Source: a virus. From it: a stretch of 64,000 nt of DNA. The first letter of the stretch is position 1. The number at the start of each line of letters is the position of its first letter. The stretch is taken from positions 1 through 64,000 of IMG/VR virus record IMGVR_UViG_3300049139_000178, one strand, 5' to 3'. The notes under the pieces were generated by a model. It did not search any database, was not told the DNA's origin, and saw only the letters and a program-made list of their open reading frames with translations. Positions 26,245 through 36,200 of the stretch are shown piece by piece. The translations under genes were made by a program, and so were the position numbers.

Positions 26245-29200
26245 TCAGCCGCCGGGTTCGGCGAGTTCCTTCAGCCGCTTCTGCATGACGGCCACCAGCT
26301 CGTCCACCTCCGTGTCGGGCAGTCCAGCCGTCTTCGCTTCCTTCCACACCGCCGACGCGTCGCCCTTGGACGTGACCGCGAGGGCCTTGTCCTTGAGGGT
26401 CGGCTGGCGGACCGTGGTCCGCGTGACGACGGTCGGCTCCAGCCGCGCCGGGGCGAACGTGTCCGCCTCCGAAACCATGACCGGCGAGGCGAGGGTGCGC
26501 AGCTTGCGCCACTCCCTGACCCGCTCGCACAGCACGGCCGCCTGCCACCCAGATTCCAGGTCCACGCCGTACACCGCCGGCGTCTTCTCGGACTCCTTGT
26601 CCACCGGCAGGTGGACGACGACACCGGTGTCCGTCCGGACCTTCGCACCGTTCAGAGGGTCCGGGATCCACTCCTCCGCCCTCTTGTCCCAGACGCCGGA
26701 CGTGTTGATGCCCTGCGCGTAGGTCGCGAGCTGGATGACGATCTCCTGCCACCCGTAGTCGAGATCCTTGCCGGTCTTCTTGTCCCCGATCACGTACTCG
26801 CCGGGCTCCAGCCGCACCTCGGCACGGCCGATCTTCAGCGTGAGCGGCTTGGTGACCTTGTAGCAGTTGTCGCTGGTCCCGGCGACGCCGTACTGCTTGA
26901 CGACCGTGGTGAACTCGATGAGCCCCGGGACGGGCTCCAGGCCCGTCTCCTCCAGCAGCCGGATGTACGTCTCGACGTCCGCCCGGCAGTCGGGCGGAAC
27001 CTGGTCCATGATGCTGCGCGGGCCGCCGGGGGAGTGCCAAGCCCGGTCCGCCAGCTCCGTGAACGAGTGCATCGCCGTGCCGAGGTTGGCCGCGACCTTG
27101 TCCCCAGCCGCGTTCTTCAGCTCCGCCGTCAGCTCGTCCAGTAGGGCCTTGTCCGCCTTGACGTGCTTGCCGTGCGCCCGCTGCACGATGTCCGGACGCA
27201 CCGTCGCCCCGAGCAGCGCCATGCGCAGACCCCACTGGGACAGGGCGTAGGTGTCGCTGATCGACTTGGCGAAGGTGGTGGACCGCGTCCACGCCTTCTC
27301 CTTGCCGGTGTCCGGGTGGGGGATGAGGTACCGGCCGTACCGGTCGCGCTTGGTCTCCACCTCGCCGTGCGAGCCCGAGCCGCCGGCGAGGAACTGCGCC
27401 GCCGCATCGGCCTGGTTCTGCGCTCCGGTCGACGCCGGGGCCGACGGCCGTCCGCTGCCGAGGAAAGCCGCTGCCGCCGCGCTCTGATCAGTCGTCACCG
27501 CAGCACTCCTGACCCTCGTACCCGCCGTCGCCGTCGGCCCGGATGATGTCACCGGGTTCGATTCCGGCAAAACAGCCGGAGCAGGTGCCCCCGCGCCCTG
27601 CGGGGAACCATGGGCCGGGCTCGTCGGCGTAGCCGTGGCCGTTGAACTCGTTGCGGATGCCGCCGAAGAACGCGGCGACGTCGTCTTGTTGCTCGGGCAT
27701 TCCTTGGTCTCCTGTTCCGTGGTCGTCTTCAGGTCTCCGCAGTAGTCGCAGCAATAGCCGCCGTCCCCGTCCGGTACGGAGTAGTCGTGGCGGCAGTGCG
27801 TGCGCTCCACCGTCTCGCTGACGTTGAACAGTTCGCCTGTAAGGCCCTTGCGGGGGCCCTCAACGACAACCGCAGTGAGGATTCCGCCGTCCGTGTCGAC
27901 TACGCGCATGACCGCACCTCGCCGGATGAAATGGTCGCCGTCTTCCAGCTCGCTGAGCAGCGCCGGGCCGGACGTCGGACGCTCGTCGTCCGGCAGTTCG
28001 TCTTCAGGGTCCATGGCGCCGCAGATCGCGCAGGTGCTGACGACGCGGTCCTGGCCGTCGCTGTCGTAGTCGTCGGCCGTGCCCTGGAACCCGTTCGGGT
28101 GCATGCATGTCTCTCGGGTGCACTGAGCACAAGCCACGGCGCCGTGCGGGACGTCCGTGCCGCAGCCGGGGCACCGGTGGTTGTCGGTGTCGCACTGCTC
28201 GCAGTTCGGATCGAACCCCTCGGGCAGGCCCGCCCGCAACGCCACGCAGTCCGGCGCCTGGCATGTCTCCTCGGGACCCTCGTGCGTCCACACCGTGCCC
28301 GACGGATCGGTGTAGTTGTGGTTCAGCGCTGGGTCGAGCGGGACGCCGAGGGCGGCCGACGCGGTGCGGTCCATGCGGGCCGCCGTCTCCGCCTTCTCCT
28401 CCGGGCTGCGCTGCTGGAGCACCTTGACGGCCTCGCGGGTCAGCTCGGACATCCGCGCGTCGGCGGCTTTCCGCTCCGGGCTGCGGTAGTCCGTGGCGAC
28501 GACGGCCGCCAGGCGCTCCTGCTCCGCCGCCGACAGTCCGCCGCCGCTGTGCGTCGCCGGAGCCGCGTTCTTGAACTGCTCGGCCTCCGTGAGCGACGTG
28601 ACCGCCGGGTAGGGGTACCCGCCGTCGCTGTGAATCGATGGTCCGGCCGCGCGGTCCTTCGGGCACTGCGTCAGACCGTGCCCGACCTTTTGCATCTCCT
28701 CGTTCGAAGGCCACGAGGCGCCGCACCCGCAGGTCATTGACTCGGCCGCGTCCTTGAACTGGTCGGCCATGGTCGGCTGCTGGACGGCCGCCGGGTCCAC
28801 GCCCCACGGCGCCGCGCCGGTGCCCTCGGCCTCCGCCATAGCGTCCAGTTCGGCGTCGCTGACCGGCTTCCCGGCCGCGCCGTGGCAGCCGTAGCACTGG
28901 CCGACCGGAACGTGCTCGCAGTCGGCCGCGAGGGTGGCCACGAGGCCGTCCGTCGTGCCGACAAGGTCCGGGTAGGTGCCCAGCGGGAAGTCGCTGCCGC
29001 CGGGGCAGGGCCGGGGCGTCTGCTCGGGCGTGAGATGGGACCGGGCCCGGCCGTTGCCGGTCAGCTCCACTGGGTGCTTGCACAGACGACACTGGGGCTG
29101 GTCGGCCTCCATGTCCTCGGCGAGGGCGAGTCCGGCCGCGCTGGCCGGCGGCTCACCGACGCCCTTGCACTTGCGGCTGTCGGGGCCGGCCTGGAAGTCG

Positions 29201-29301
29201 GGGTTCTCAGTGAAGTGGTGACGGATCGTCTTGTTCGCCGTGACGGTGTACTCGTTGCCGCACACGGAGCACGGCCTGCGCTCAGGGGTCGTCTGAGTCA
29301 T
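26245..29301 (-). CDS. multi-zinc-finger protein fused to a PD-(D/E)xK (RecB/Cas4-like) exonuclease; nuclease may also start at GTG 27498
   Basis: RDRYGRY, NLGTAMH, GVAGTSD, IGDKKTG, QLATYA; many CxxC/H in the N-terminal half. Confidence 0.8.
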   Translation of the reverse strand: MTQTTPERRPCSVCGNEYTVTANKTIRHHFTENPDFQAGPDSRKCKGVGEPPASAAGLALAEDMEADQPQCRLCKHPVELTGNGRARSHLTPEQTPRPCPGGSDFPLGTYPDLVGTTDGLVATLAADCEHVPVGQCYGCHGAAGKPVSDAELDAMAEAEGTGAAPWGVDPAAVQQPTMADQFKDAAESMTCGCGASWPSNEEMQKVGHGLTQCPKDRAAGPSIHSDGGYPYPAVTSLTEAEQFKNAAPATHSGGGLSAAEQERLAAVVATDYRSPERKAADARMSELTREAVKVLQQRSPEEKAETAARMDRTASAALGVPLDPALNHNYTDPSGTVWTHEGPEETCQAPDCVALRAGLPEGFDPNCEQCDTDNHRCPGCGTDVPHGAVACAQCTRETCMHPNGFQGTADDYDSDGQDRVVSTCAICGAMDPEDELPDDERPTSGPALLSELEDGDHFIRRGAVMRVVDTDGGILTAVVVEGPRKGLTGELFNVSETVERTHCRHDYSVPDGDGGYCCDYCGDLKTTTEQETKECPSNKTTSPRSSAASATSSTATATPTSPAHGSPQGAGAPAPAVLPESNPVTSSGPTATAGTRVRSAAVTTDQSAAAAAFLGSGRPSAPASTGAQNQADAAAQFLAGGSGSHGEVETKRDRYGRYLIPHPDTGKEKAWTRSTTFAKSISDTYALSQWGLRMALLGATVRPDIVQRAHGKHVKADKALLDELTAELKNAAGDKVAANLGTAMHSFTELADRAWHSPGGPRSIMDQVPPDCRADVETYIRLLEETGLEPVPGLIEFTTVVKQYGVAGTSDNCYKVTKPLTLKIGRAEVRLEPGEYVIGDKKTGKDLDYGWQEIVIQLATYAQGINTSGVWDKRAEEWIPDPLNGAKVRTDTGVVVHLPVDKESEKTPAVYGVDLESGWQAAVLCERVREWRKLRTLASPVMVSEADTFAPARLEPTVVTRTTVRQPTLKDKALAVTSKGDASAVWKEAKTAGLPDTEVDELVAVMQKRLKELAEPGG
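27488..27700 (-). CDS. nested alternative-frame small Cys-rich protein (MPEQQDD...)
   Basis: GACCAAGGAATG start; CSGC...ECC; the host frame is low-complexity over this stretch. Confidence 0.6.
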   Translation of the reverse strand: MPEQQDDVAAFFGGIRNEFNGHGYADEPGPWFPAGRGGTCSGCFAGIEPGDIIRADGDGGYEGQECCGDD

Positions 29302-29375
29302 TGCGGTACCTTCCTGCTTCCTTGGTCAATGGCCTAACGGCCAGGTGGGGAGGGCCGCCGCAGCCCTCCCCGGGG

Positions 29376-29840
29376 TCACTCGCCGGCCGCGTCCAGTTCG
29401 GAGAGGAACCGAAGGAGATCCGTGTTCCTGATCTTGTCCCGACCGATGATGTCCGCCGCGCGGCGCAGCAGGGCGTTGTCGTACTCCGGCTCGTCCTCGC
29501 CGCCATGGCGGCCGTCCACCGCGTACGCCTTCGGCCAGTAGCCCTCCAGCAGCAGGCCGTTCATAGCCCGCAAGATGAAGTCGGCTGCCTCGCGGGACAT
29601 CGTCGTGTCCGGCGCGAACGGGTTCTCCGCGTCCTGCGCACGCTCCTCGTCGGCGGTCTCGCACAGCTCCTTGAACTCGTGGGCTGCGCGGTCGGCAGCT
29701 TGCCCGATGTTGGTCAGCGCCCGGCTGTCCAGCTCGGACGTCTCGTACGGCATGTCCAGGCCGTTCGCAGCAACGCTCATGGCCTGGAACGCCCGGTCGA
29801 TCTCCTCCCGGATAATCGCCCGGATTCGTGTCTCGTCCAT
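29376..29840 (-). CDS. hypothetical protein
   Basis: box at 29860 and GACCAAGGAATG. Confidence 0.7.
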   Translation of the reverse strand: MDETRIRAIIREEIDRAFQAMSVAANGLDMPYETSELDSRALTNIGQAADRAAHEFKELCETADEERAQDAENPFAPDTTMSREAADFILRAMNGLLLEGYWPKAYAVDGRHGGEDEPEYDNALLRRAADIIGRDKIRNTDLLRFLSELDAAGE

Positions 29841-29872
29841 TCCTTGGTCTCCGTTCCTGTGGTTTAGCTAAA

Positions 29873-31552
29873 TCATACCCCGGCTGTGCGGGGAAGGAAA
29901 CGGTCCAGCTTCCGGGATGCGATGGTGACCGCGAGCAGGTCCGAGGCGAGCCCCGCCCGGAGCCCGTCCGGCACGGTGTGCCCGGCGTACCGCAGGATCT
30001 TGAGCTGCTTCTCTGACGCGGGCTTCTTCCTCCAGGCCGCCGACTTGGTCATGTTCAGCGACGACCGGTCCATGGCTTCTGTCTCCGCCCACGCCATCGC
30101 CATGCCGAGGTCCAGGCCCTCGTGCAGCCGCTCCCACCGCTCCCGTCCGGCCGCCACGTTCGCGTAGGTGGCCTTCGGGCTGGCGTAGGCGACGTCCCAC
30201 TTCTCCGCTTCACCCCGGGACGGCCACAGGAGGATCTCACCGTTGTCGCCCAACGGGATGAACTGCACCCCGCCGTGCGTGCGCAGCCACGAGTAGGCGG
30301 TCGACGCCTTGAACAGGTCCAGGTCGCGGTGCTTCAGCTCGAACCGCAGCGAGCCGGCCGGGACCTTGGCTTCCTTGTAGGACTCCTCGCGCTCGTACGC
30401 CTCGGCCAGGGTCTCGCCGTCCCGCACCTCGCGGATCTCGGCGCCCGGCTCCAGGTCCACCAGCGTGCACAGTGCCCCACCCTCGCCGGCGAGGATGAGC
30501 ACCAGCGCGTCCTGCTTGCCGGTGGCGGGGGAGGGCCGCAGCACCCGGCCGACCATCTGTATGAACAGCGGCTCGGACTTCGTCGGCCGGGCGATGACCG
30601 CGCAGTCCGCAAACGGGAAATCGGCCCCCTCCGTCAAGACCATGCAATTCACGAGGGTGCGCACCTCGCCGGTGCGGAACTTGCGGTAGATGTTCAGCCG
30701 CTCCTCGCGGGGCGTCCCGCCGTGCACGTACGCCGCGCTCGGCAGGGCCTCGGCCGTCGCCCGCGCGACCTCCACCGTCGGGGTGAAGACGATCGGGGAC
30801 CGGCGGTCGGCCGCATGCTCCTCCAGCACCTTGGCGATGATCTGCGGGCCGCCGGCCTCCATCAGCGCGTCGCCCAGGGAGGATGCGGTGTAGTCGCCCC
30901 GGGACTTCTTCACGTCGCCAAGGTGCAGGGTGTCCACGTCGATCAGCTTGGAGCTGACATCGACCAGGTGACCCCGGGACATCATCCACAGCGGGGAGCG
31001 GGTGTAGACCGCGTCCTCCCACACGCTGCCGAGCCCCTGCCCGTCCCCGCGCGCCATCGTGGCGGTGAAGCCGACAGCCCGCGTGCCGGGCATCCCGCTG
31101 TAGCAGCCGAGTCCGGCGAGGATGTTGCGGTAGCTGACGGCCGCCGCGTGGTGGCACTCGTCCACGATGACCAGACCGACCTTGCCGCACTTCTCCTGCG
31201 AGTCGACCAGGCGGTTGAACCGGGTCTCCCGGGCGAGGGTCTGCACCGAGCAGACCATGACGTCAGCAGCCACGTTGTCGGCCGCCGCCTTCACCTTGCC
31301 GACGAACAGGCTCGGTTCGGTCTGCTTCAGCTTGTTCAGCGTCTGGTCGGCCAGCTCGTCGCGGTGCACAAGGATGACGACGCGGCTTCCTTCGGAAGCA
31401 AGGTGCTCGGCCGCCATGCGGGAGAACACGACCGTTTTCCCTGCGCCAGTTGGGAGCACAACGGCGGGCCGCTGCATGCCGTCAGCCCACGCGGCCTGGA
31501 CGGCGTCGATGGCTTCGCGCTGGTACTCGCGAAGCGTCAGGGTCTGGCTCAC
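29873..31552 (-). CDS. SF2 DEAD/DEAH-box helicase
   Basis: LREYQ, PTGAGKT, DECH, TAT, LTEGAD, QMVGRVLR. Confidence 0.93.
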   Translation of the reverse strand: MSQTLTLREYQREAIDAVQAAWADGMQRPAVVLPTGAGKTVVFSRMAAEHLASEGSRVVILVHRDELADQTLNKLKQTEPSLFVGKVKAAADNVAADVMVCSVQTLARETRFNRLVDSQEKCGKVGLVIVDECHHAAAVSYRNILAGLGCYSGMPGTRAVGFTATMARGDGQGLGSVWEDAVYTRSPLWMMSRGHLVDVSSKLIDVDTLHLGDVKKSRGDYTASSLGDALMEAGGPQIIAKVLEEHAADRRSPIVFTPTVEVARATAEALPSAAYVHGGTPREERLNIYRKFRTGEVRTLVNCMVLTEGADFPFADCAVIARPTKSEPLFIQMVGRVLRPSPATGKQDALVLILAGEGGALCTLVDLEPGAEIREVRDGETLAEAYEREESYKEAKVPAGSLRFELKHRDLDLFKASTAYSWLRTHGGVQFIPLGDNGEILLWPSRGEAEKWDVAYASPKATYANVAAGRERWERLHEGLDLGMAMAWAETEAMDRSSLNMTKSAAWRKKPASEKQLKILRYAGHTVPDGLRAGLASDLLAVTIASRKLDRFLPRTAGV

Positions 31553-31929
31553 TGGTTCGTCCGCCCCATCTCGCGCAGGATCCGCCGGGCCTCGCCGTCG
31601 GGGCACAGCGGAGGCGGGTAGTCGTGGATCAGGCATTCGCCCTGCTCGTTGACCGCGCACGGCTTCGGGTCGGCCCACGCCATCAGCATCGGCGCGGTGG
31701 CCTCCAGTGCGACGTCCGCGCCCTGGCGCCAGAAGTGCGCCTCCGGCTGGTCCCAGTTGGGGCGCAGCGCCTCGGGGACGGTCACGCCCCGGTACGTCTC
31801 CGGGCCGTCAGTCGGCGGTCCCGGCCAGACAGCCTTCCGGGAGTCCGCGAGGCTCTTCAGCCGCTGCACGTGGTCGGGGCTGAGCGATTCGAGCAGGCTC
31901 AGCAGCTTGCGGTCGTCGTCGTTGCTCAT
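31549..31929 (-). CDS. hypothetical protein
   Basis: ATGA/GTGA couplings on both sides. Confidence 0.65.
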   Translation of the reverse strand: MSNDDDRKLLSLLESLSPDHVQRLKSLADSRKAVWPGPPTDGPETYRGVTVPEALRPNWDQPEAHFWRQGADVALEATAPMLMAWADPKPCAVNEQGECLIHDYPPPLCPDGEARRILREMGRTNQ

Positions 31930-32255
31930 GCGGCCGTCGCCCTCTCGTGCCGGTCCCCAGCGCGGGTCCACGCCAACTGTGCGGGCGAGAAAGCCACCCG
32001 AACGTCGAACCCGTGGCGGATGATCAGGTGCTCCCACAGGTCGGCGAAGTGCTCGCCGTCCGTCGCGCCGTTGTACGGCACGGTCCAGTAGCAGTACGCG
32101 CAGTCGGCGTGCGGGCCTGTGGAGTGGGCGGCCAGCCGCCGCTCCCGGCCCAGCGCGTCGACCAGTTCCCAGTCCCGGCCCTCCGGGCTCGGGTCCAGCA
32201 CGTCGGAACCGATGAGGTTCAGCGTGTCCGCGTAGGCGGTCTCTTCCTTGGTCAT
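31926..32255 (-). CDS. hypothetical protein (C2H2-like)
   Basis: CAYC...HLIIRH; GGAGGA RBS. Confidence 0.65.
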   Translation of the reverse strand: MTKEETAYADTLNLIGSDVLDPSPEGRDWELVDALGRERRLAAHSTGPHADCAYCYWTVPYNGATDGEHFADLWEHLIIRHGFDVRVAFSPAQLAWTRAGDRHERATAA

Positions 32256-32369
32256 GAGTCCGTGATCCTCCCAGCGGGGTGCACAATCACCGAACCCGCA
32301 CCTCAGGAGGGAGCTGCGGGGCCTGCGACGTCGCCCCATCTGCGCCCGGCGTCCCGGGATTCCTTGGTC

Positions 32370-32480
32370 AATGGTCGGTGGGGCTCCGTCGGGCCCTCTG
32401 TCCGTTATGGTACCCAGTGTATAAGCGTGTGTAAACGCGGGTATCATCGCTTCGCATACTTACACACCATCAAGGAGGAG
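32370..32480. promoter_or_regulatory. divergent control region between the two arms
   Basis: AT-richer gap at the strand switch containing TGTATAAG...CTTACACA. Confidence 0.5.
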
Positions 32481-32482
32481 CA

Positions 32483-32707
32483 GTGGAAGAGTTCCTGACG
32501 GTCGACCAGGTCGCGTTCCTCGCGGAAGTGCATCCGGGGTCCGTGTACCGGTGGCTGGACAACCCGGACGTGCCACTGACCAAGCACAAGACGCCCAACG
32601 GCCGCGTACGCATCCTCCGGACCGAGGCGGAGGAGTGGATCCGGATGCGCAACACACCCATCGTCGTCTCCGCCGGCTCTCCGGCCGCCACGGGCGTCGG
32701 TGCGTGA
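32483..32707 (+). CDS. excisionase/MerR-like HTH DNA-binding protein
   Basis: LTVDQVA...VHPGSVYRW...GRVRI; AGGAGGAG RBS. Confidence 0.8.
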   Translation: MEEFLTVDQVAFLAEVHPGSVYRWLDNPDVPLTKHKTPNGRVRILRTEAEEWIRMRNTPIVVSAGSPAATGVGA

Positions 32708-33189
32708 TGAACAGCCTGTACCAGACGGTCAAGCCGATACCCACCGCCGTCGCCGGGGTCACCACCCGCTCGCGGTTAGAGGCCCGCTGGATCCTGTTCT
32801 TCGAACACGCGCGTATCCCGTGGGAGTACGAACCGCACACGTACCGCGTCGGCTCGCGGGGGTACCTGCCGGACTTCCGAATTCGGCCCCATCGCGGCGC
32901 TGACCAGGCATGGATGGAGATAAAGCCCGTCGCGGATACCTTTGACGACCCACGCTGGAAGGGTCTCGTCACCAAGACCGGCTTGATGCTGTTCACGGTG
33001 CGCGGCCTGCACCGCCTGGGTGACGTCTGCGGGCGGGATCACACCGTCCGCGTCTGGCACCCGAGCGGCATGGTCGCCGACGTTCACCGTATGTGGACCG
33101 GCCCCGAGTTCCGGACGGCGTGGGAGGCGGCTCACGCCGCACGATTCGACGGCCGGCGCCCGGCGGTCCGGAAGGGGAGGAGAGAGTAA
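32707..33189 (+). CDS. PD-(D/E)xK nuclease-like protein
   Basis: RSRLEARW, WEYEP, YLPDF, WMEIK. Confidence 0.75.
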   Translation: MNSLYQTVKPIPTAVAGVTTRSRLEARWILFFEHARIPWEYEPHTYRVGSRGYLPDFRIRPHRGADQAWMEIKPVADTFDDPRWKGLVTKTGLMLFTVRGLHRLGDVCGRDHTVRVWHPSGMVADVHRMWTGPEFRTAWEAAHAARFDGRRPAVRKGRRE

Positions 33190-33242
33190 GTGCCCAAGCC
33201 CCCGCAGACCAAGGAAGCAATGACCAAGGAATCGAGGAACCG

Positions 33243-36200
33243 ATGACCACGTACGTGGAAGCGAACGCGGGGCAGTTGTCAGACCACCATCTGGCGGAGC
33301 TGGACGCGAGTGAGATCGCGCCGGAGGTGCGTGAAGAACGCGGATACGAGACCCTGTACGGCACCGACGAGGACAAAGCCCTGCTGCGGCAGGAGAAGAT
33401 CCCGGTCTGGGCTTGGCGTGAAGAGAGTGCGTTTCCGGGACTCCTTCTGCCGATGTACCGGGTGACCGGCGAGCGCATCGGCGCCATGTTCAAGCCCGGC
33501 ATCCCGCAGGTGCACAACGAGAAGAAGGTGAAATACGCGACGCCGGTGGGCAAGTCGCGTCTGGACATCCCACCGACTGTGGCGCACCTCGTCCGTCCGA
33601 CAGACCCCAAGGTCATTCTTGAGGCACCGCTGTGGATCACGGAGGGCATCAAGAAGGCTGACGCCCTCGCATCCAAGGGTCTCGCCACCGTCACCCTGTC
33701 CGGGGTGTTCAACTGGCGCGCAACCCTCGGCACGCTCGGGGACTGGGAAGACATCCCGCTCAAGGGGCGCCGGGTCATCATCTGCTTCGACGCGGACGCC
33801 CGGCACAAGCCCAGTGTCCTCTCCGCCATGATCCGCCTGGGCCGGTGGCTGGAGACCCGGCGGGTTGAGAGCGTCTACTACCTGATCGTCCCCGAGGAGG
33901 TGAACGGGGCCCAGGTCAAAGGTGTGGACGACTATCTCCACGCCGGCGGCACTCTCGAAGGGCTGCGGGACGCGGCCACGCGGGAAGTCCCGTCCGACAA
34001 CACCCGGGATGCCGCCTTCAGTGACGCCGTTCTGGTCGAGACGCTGTGCATGGAGGCTCTGGAAGGGAACTACCGGTGGGCCTCGGGCCTGGGGTGGTTG
34101 AACTGGAACGGCAGTGTCTGGGCCGAGTGCTCGGAGGCTCAGGTGCTGGAAGAAATCCGGTTGTGGGCCCGTGCGGGGTGGGATCGGACCCTGGAGGAGA
34201 TGCGAGGGGGCAAGGACCTGCGCGGCCAGTTGGACGGCTGGAAGGGCGTCCTCTCGGCCGGCAAGTTGGGCAGCCTGCTGAAACTGGCCCGGGGCGTCGC
34301 AGGGATTCTGGCCGACGCGAACGATTTCGACTACGACCCGGACGTCATCAACTGCCGAAACGGCATCCTGGACCTGCGTACGGGTGTCCTGACCCCGCAC
34401 GACCCGGACCGGTTGATGACGAAGATCACCGGTTGCGACTACGTGAAGGGCGCCACGCACCCCGACTGGACCACGGCTCTGGAGGCCGTCCCGGACGACT
34501 CCCGCGACTGGTTCCAGATCCGCAGCGGCCAGGCCATCACCGGCCACACCCCGCCGGACGACATGATCCTCATCTGCCAGGGCGGCGGGTCCAACGGCAA
34601 GTCGTCCGTCATGGACTCCATCGCGATGGCCGCCGGGAAGAGGGGCGGCTACCACACGGTCGTCTCCGACAAGGCCCTGCTGGGGAACGCTTCCGACGGT
34701 CACTCCACGGAGATGATGCCGTTCATGGGCGCGCGTCTCGCCGTGCTGGAGGAGACCCCGGAGGCCAAGCGGCTGGACGTGAACCGGGTCAAGAAACTCG
34801 CGGGCACGGATCAGATCACCGCGCGCAAGATCCGCCAGGACAACATCACCTTCGCCACGACGCACAGCCTGGTCATCAACACCAACTTCAAGCCCCTGGT
34901 GGACGAGACGGACCACGGCACATGGCGGCGTCTGGCCATGCTGGTGTTCCCGTTCACGTTCAGGAAGCCCGGGGAGGCGTGCACGGGGCCGAACGACAAG
35001 GCCGGTGACCCGAACCTGCGCCAGCGCCTGCGGGCTGACGAGCGGGTCGCCGAGGCCGTCCTGGCATGGCTCGTGGAGGGCGCCCGCAAGTGGTACGCGG
35101 CCGACATGATCCTGCCCCCGCCTCCGAGGCGGGTGGAGAAGGACACCCTGGAGTGGCGCCGTGAGTCGGACCTGATCCTGTCCTTCATCGGGGACGTCCT
35201 GGAGTTCGACTGGAACAGCCACATCGCCGCCCGGGAGCTGCACGAGGTCTTCAACAAGTACCTCGTCGACAAGGGTCACCGGGAGTGGACCGACCGCACG
35301 TTCGTGAGCCGTTTCGGAAGCCACGACGAGTGCTCCCGGAACTCGGTCCAGCGGAAGAAGATCAGGGCTCGGGACGGGCGGTCGACGCTGGGCGGACCCG
35401 CACCCACGGGCGTCAACTACTACGCGTGGCTAGGGATCAAGTTCCAGGACCCGAACGGAAACGGCCAGGTCAGCGAGGAAGAGTCGGGAGGTGTACCGCC
35501 TGTACCCTCTCCTCCGGTTAACGGTGAAACTGTCTCTCGTATAGAGGTAACCGACGCAGGAGGTACAGGGGGTACACCTCCTCAACGCGACCCTGAAGCG
35601 GACCCGTTTGGGGATGATCCTTTCGCCGAAGCGGAAGCACCCCGCGTGGCCACCGTGCCTGCTCCGGCACCGTCCCCGGAGAGCGTCCCGCCCCGCGCCG
35701 GCGGCGTGATCGGATTCGACATCGAGTCACACTCGGCCAAGCGGCTGTTCACCCACACCGACCTCGGCGGGGACCCGTACACCAAGCTGTCCGGCTACGT
35801 CACCGAGGACGGGACCGAGGTCGTCGTCAACTCCGTGCAGGAGCTGATCAAGCGTCTGGAAGACGCCGACGAGATCTACGGCCACAACCTGCTCGGGTTC
35901 GACCTCATGGCTCTCGCCCGTCACCACGGCGCCGACTACGACAAGCTGGCCGCCAAGACGGTGGATACCATGCGATGGGCGATGACTGTTGACCCGCCGG
36001 GCGCCAAGGGCGAAAAGCCGTGGTCCGCCAAGGGCTATTACAGTCTGGACGGCCTTGCCGCCCGGCTGGGCATGCCCGGCAAGACGGACGACCTCCGGGC
36101 CCTCGCCATCAAGCACGCCCCGGAGGAGATCGACGGGCGCAAGCTGACCGACGACGAGCGGGCCGAGATCGGATACGGCCGGATCCCCGAGGATGACCCC

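Noticed and set aside
26245-27498. Cas4 of a CRISPR system
   Set aside because: Context (SSB, helicase, RuvC) indicates a phage recombination exonuclease.
33279-35324. 681-aa minus-strand ORF
   Set aside because: Antisense shadow of the primase-helicase.
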